Positions 62,232 through 64,000 of a stretch of DNA of 64,000 bases are shown one piece after another (positions within the stretch are counted from its first letter, which is position 1; each line of letters starts with the position of its first letter). The notes under the pieces are model-generated. The model did not search any database and had not been told where the DNA came from. It saw nothing but the letters and a program-made list of their open reading frames with translations. The stretch is taken from contig CANJWH010000008.1 of the NCBI GenBank assembly GCA_947478465.1, forward strand, positions 4,008-68,007. The letters are read 5' to 3'. A program made the position numbers and the translations under genes. Source of the DNA: Bacteroidota bacterium (GTDB lineage: Bacteria; Bacteroidota; Bacteroidia; SXHM01).

Positions 62232-64000
62232 ATGTCTTCCCTCTCCACCATAAGTATTCAGCGTCCGGTTCTCGCTATTGTGATGAACCTGATTATCCTG
62301 TTGTTTGGATTCATCGGATATAAATATTTAGGCGTTCGTGAATACCCTTCCATTGACCCACCAACCATTACGGTTAAAACAAATTATCCCGGTGCAAATG
62401 CAGATGTAATTGAAGCAGAAATTACCGAGCCGCTGGAGAAAATGATTAACGGAATTGAAGGCATACGTTCCATTTCTTCGGCCAGCAATCAGGGTTCCAG
62501 CGTTATTACCGTTGAATTTGATTTAGGTGAAAATTTAGAGGCCGCAGCCAATGATGTGCGCGATAAAGTGGCGCAGGCTGTGCGTAATCTTCCCCGCGAT
62601 ATTGACGGAATGCCGGTGGTAACAAAATCAGACGCAAACTCTGATGCCATTCTTTCCATGACTATTCAAAGCGATTCGCGCTCGCATCTGGAAGTGAGTG
62701 ACTATGCAGAAAATGTAATTGCACAACGCCTGCAAACAATTCCTGATGTGAGTAACGTGCAAATCTGGGGACAAAAAAGATATTCCATGCGCATCTGGAT
62801 TGAGCCTGCAAAACTTGCGGCTTACGGACTAACTCCTCTTGATGTTAAGTTGGCGCTTGACCGCGAGAATGTTGAATTACCTTCGGGAAAAGTTGCAGGT
62901 GATAATACTGAACTCACGGTAAAAGTTCTTGGAAGACTTACTAACGAAGAACAATTTAACAACCTCATGATCAAAAATGAAAACGATCGTCCTGTTCGTT
63001 TAAAAGATATTGGTCACGCAGAACTGGGAGCAGAAAATGAAGAAACTATGTTGCGCCAATCGGGAGTTCCTATGATTGGTTTGGGCGTGGTGCCTCAGCC
63101 CGGAGCAAATTACATTGACATTGCCGATGAATTTTACAAACGCTACGAGCAGATAAAAAAAGACTTGCCAGGTGATTACAAAGTAGAAATAGCAATGGAT
63201 AATACTTCTTTTGTAAGGCTTTCCATTGTTGAAGTTCAGGAAACTTTGATGATTGCAATCGGACTTGTTATCCTGATTATTTTTCTCTTTTTCCGTGATT
63301 GGGTTGTTGCAATTCGCCCGCTGATTGACATTCCTGTTTCGCTGGTGGGAACATTTTTTGTCATGTATCTTTTTGGCTTTTCCATTAATGTGTTAACACT
63401 GCTTGCTATTGTTCTTGCAACAGGTTTGGTGGTGGATGACGGTATTGTTGTAACCGAAAATATTTTCAAAAAAATTGAGCAGGGCATGTCGCCCATGGAA
63501 GCTGCCATCAAAGGTTCAAACGAAATATTTTTTGTTATCATTTCTACATCTATCACGCTTACTGCTGTGTTTCTCCCAATCATTTTCTTAGAAGGTTTTG
63601 TTGGAAAATTATTTCAGGAATTCGGAATTGTGCTGGCAACAGCAGTGCTGATTTCTGCGTTTGTTTCGCTTACACTCACACCGATGCTTAACGCCCGCCT
63701 TTTGCGAAAAAATAAAAAACACAATCGCTTTTACGAAGCAACCGAACCGTTTTTTGTGGGCATGGTTGACAGCTACAGCAATTCGTTGAAAGGCTTTATG
63801 ACAAAACGATGGATGGCATTTGTTATTCTTATTGTTGCAGGCGGAATGATCTACTTTTTCGGCAAAAAAATCCCTTCTGAACTGGCTCCGCTTGACGACC
63901 GCAGCTGGTTTAGAATTATAGCCACTGCACCTGAAGGTGCTTCGTATGAATACACTGATAATTTTGTGATGAAAATGACTCAGTTTGTGAATGATTCCAT
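62232..64000 (+). CDS. RND efflux transporter permease (AcrB/HAE1-like), 3'-truncated by the window end
   Basis: Not in the ORF track (no stop in window). My translation from the ATG at 62232: MSSLSTISIQRPVLAIVMNLIILLFGFIGYKYLGVREYPSIDPPTITV...VVDDGIVVTENIF..., the classic RND N-terminus. Open to position 64000. Confidence 0.9.
   Translation, partial: MSSLSTISIQRPVLAIVMNLIILLFGFIGYKYLGVREYPSIDPPTITVKTNYPGANADVIEAEITEPLEKMINGIEGIRSISSASNQGSSVITVEFDLGENLEAAANDVRDKVAQAVRNLPRDIDGMPVVTKSDANSDAILSMTIQSDSRSHLEVSDYAENVIAQRLQTIPDVSNVQIWGQKRYSMRIWIEPAKLAAYGLTPLDVKLALDRENVELPSGKVAGDNTELTVKVLGRLTNEEQFNNLMIKNENDRPVRLKDIGHAELGAENEETMLRQSGVPMIGLGVVPQPGANYIDIADEFYKRYEQIKKDLPGDYKVEIAMDNTSFVRLSIVEVQETLMIAIGLVILIIFLFFRDWVVAIRPLIDIPVSLVGTFFVMYLFGFSINVLTLLAIVLATGLVVDDGIVVTENIFKKIEQGMSPMEAAIKGSNEIFFVIISTSITLTAVFLPIIFLEGFVGKLFQEFGIVLATAVLISAFVSLTLTPMLNARLLRKNKKHNRFYEATEPFFVGMVDSYSNSLKGFMTKRWMAFVILIVAGGMIYFFGKKIPSELAPLDDRSWFRIIATAPEGASYEYTDNFVMKMTQFVNDS

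Noticed and set aside
1-64000. Genomic island, prophage or defence island
   Set aside because: I found no integrase, transposase, phage structural genes, tRNA attachment sites, toxin-antitoxin pairs or recognisable defence genes. Housekeeping genes are interspersed throughout. The only insertion-like feature is the GxxExxY gene.

Overview
Chromosomal window from a gliding, type IX secretion (T9SS) Bacteroidota genome. The evidence is GldH, PorP/SprF, type A and type B T9SS C-terminal domains, SprB-type repeats, and TAnnTTTG -7 boxes ahead of many genes. I can support about 43 protein genes (two truncated by the window edges). I found no rRNA, tRNA, CRISPR array, transposase or integrase.

Gene order:
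- 1-4450 (-): an exporter permease followed by four PhyH-type dioxygenase modules.
- 4630-8058 (+): thiolase and a multifunctional beta-oxidation enzyme.
- 8074-16602 (+): a binding protein, a 1215-aa histidine kinase, a Rieske oxygenase, holB, a PSP1 protein and gldH.
- 16688-19923 (+): two T9SS type A cargo proteins and a PLC-like phosphodiesterase.
- 19920-25474 (-): two sensor-PP2C phosphatases, next to a LytTR response regulator (+).
- 26385-32096 (+): envelope and sugar genes, plus dut.
- 32349-42703 (+): a 3102-aa SprB-repeat adhesin with its PorP/SprF partner.
- 42787-54762: ispG, small genes, then purH-mreBCD-mrdA-rodA.
- 55383-58817 (-): ppiD-like, yebC-like and a lipoprotein.
- 58872-64000 (+): cdd, a lipoprotein, and an RND efflux operon interrupted by a GxxExxY gene.

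Most unusual signals:
1. An 11-unit, exactly 42-bp-phased mosaic repeat array with embedded palindromes fills the rodA/ppiD gap (54852-55313).
2. An operon holds at least four PhyH dioxygenase modules behind an ABC-2 exporter. One gene is a didomain fusion and one module has HxN in place of HxD.
3. Two exact 1362-bp six-repeat super-units sit inside the giant adhesin.
4. A GxxExxY gene, bracketed by inverted CGAAT/ATTCG clusters, splits the efflux operon.
5. Two tandem PP2C phosphatases carry swapped sensor modules.

All homology statements come from motif and pattern recognition by eye. No database search was run.
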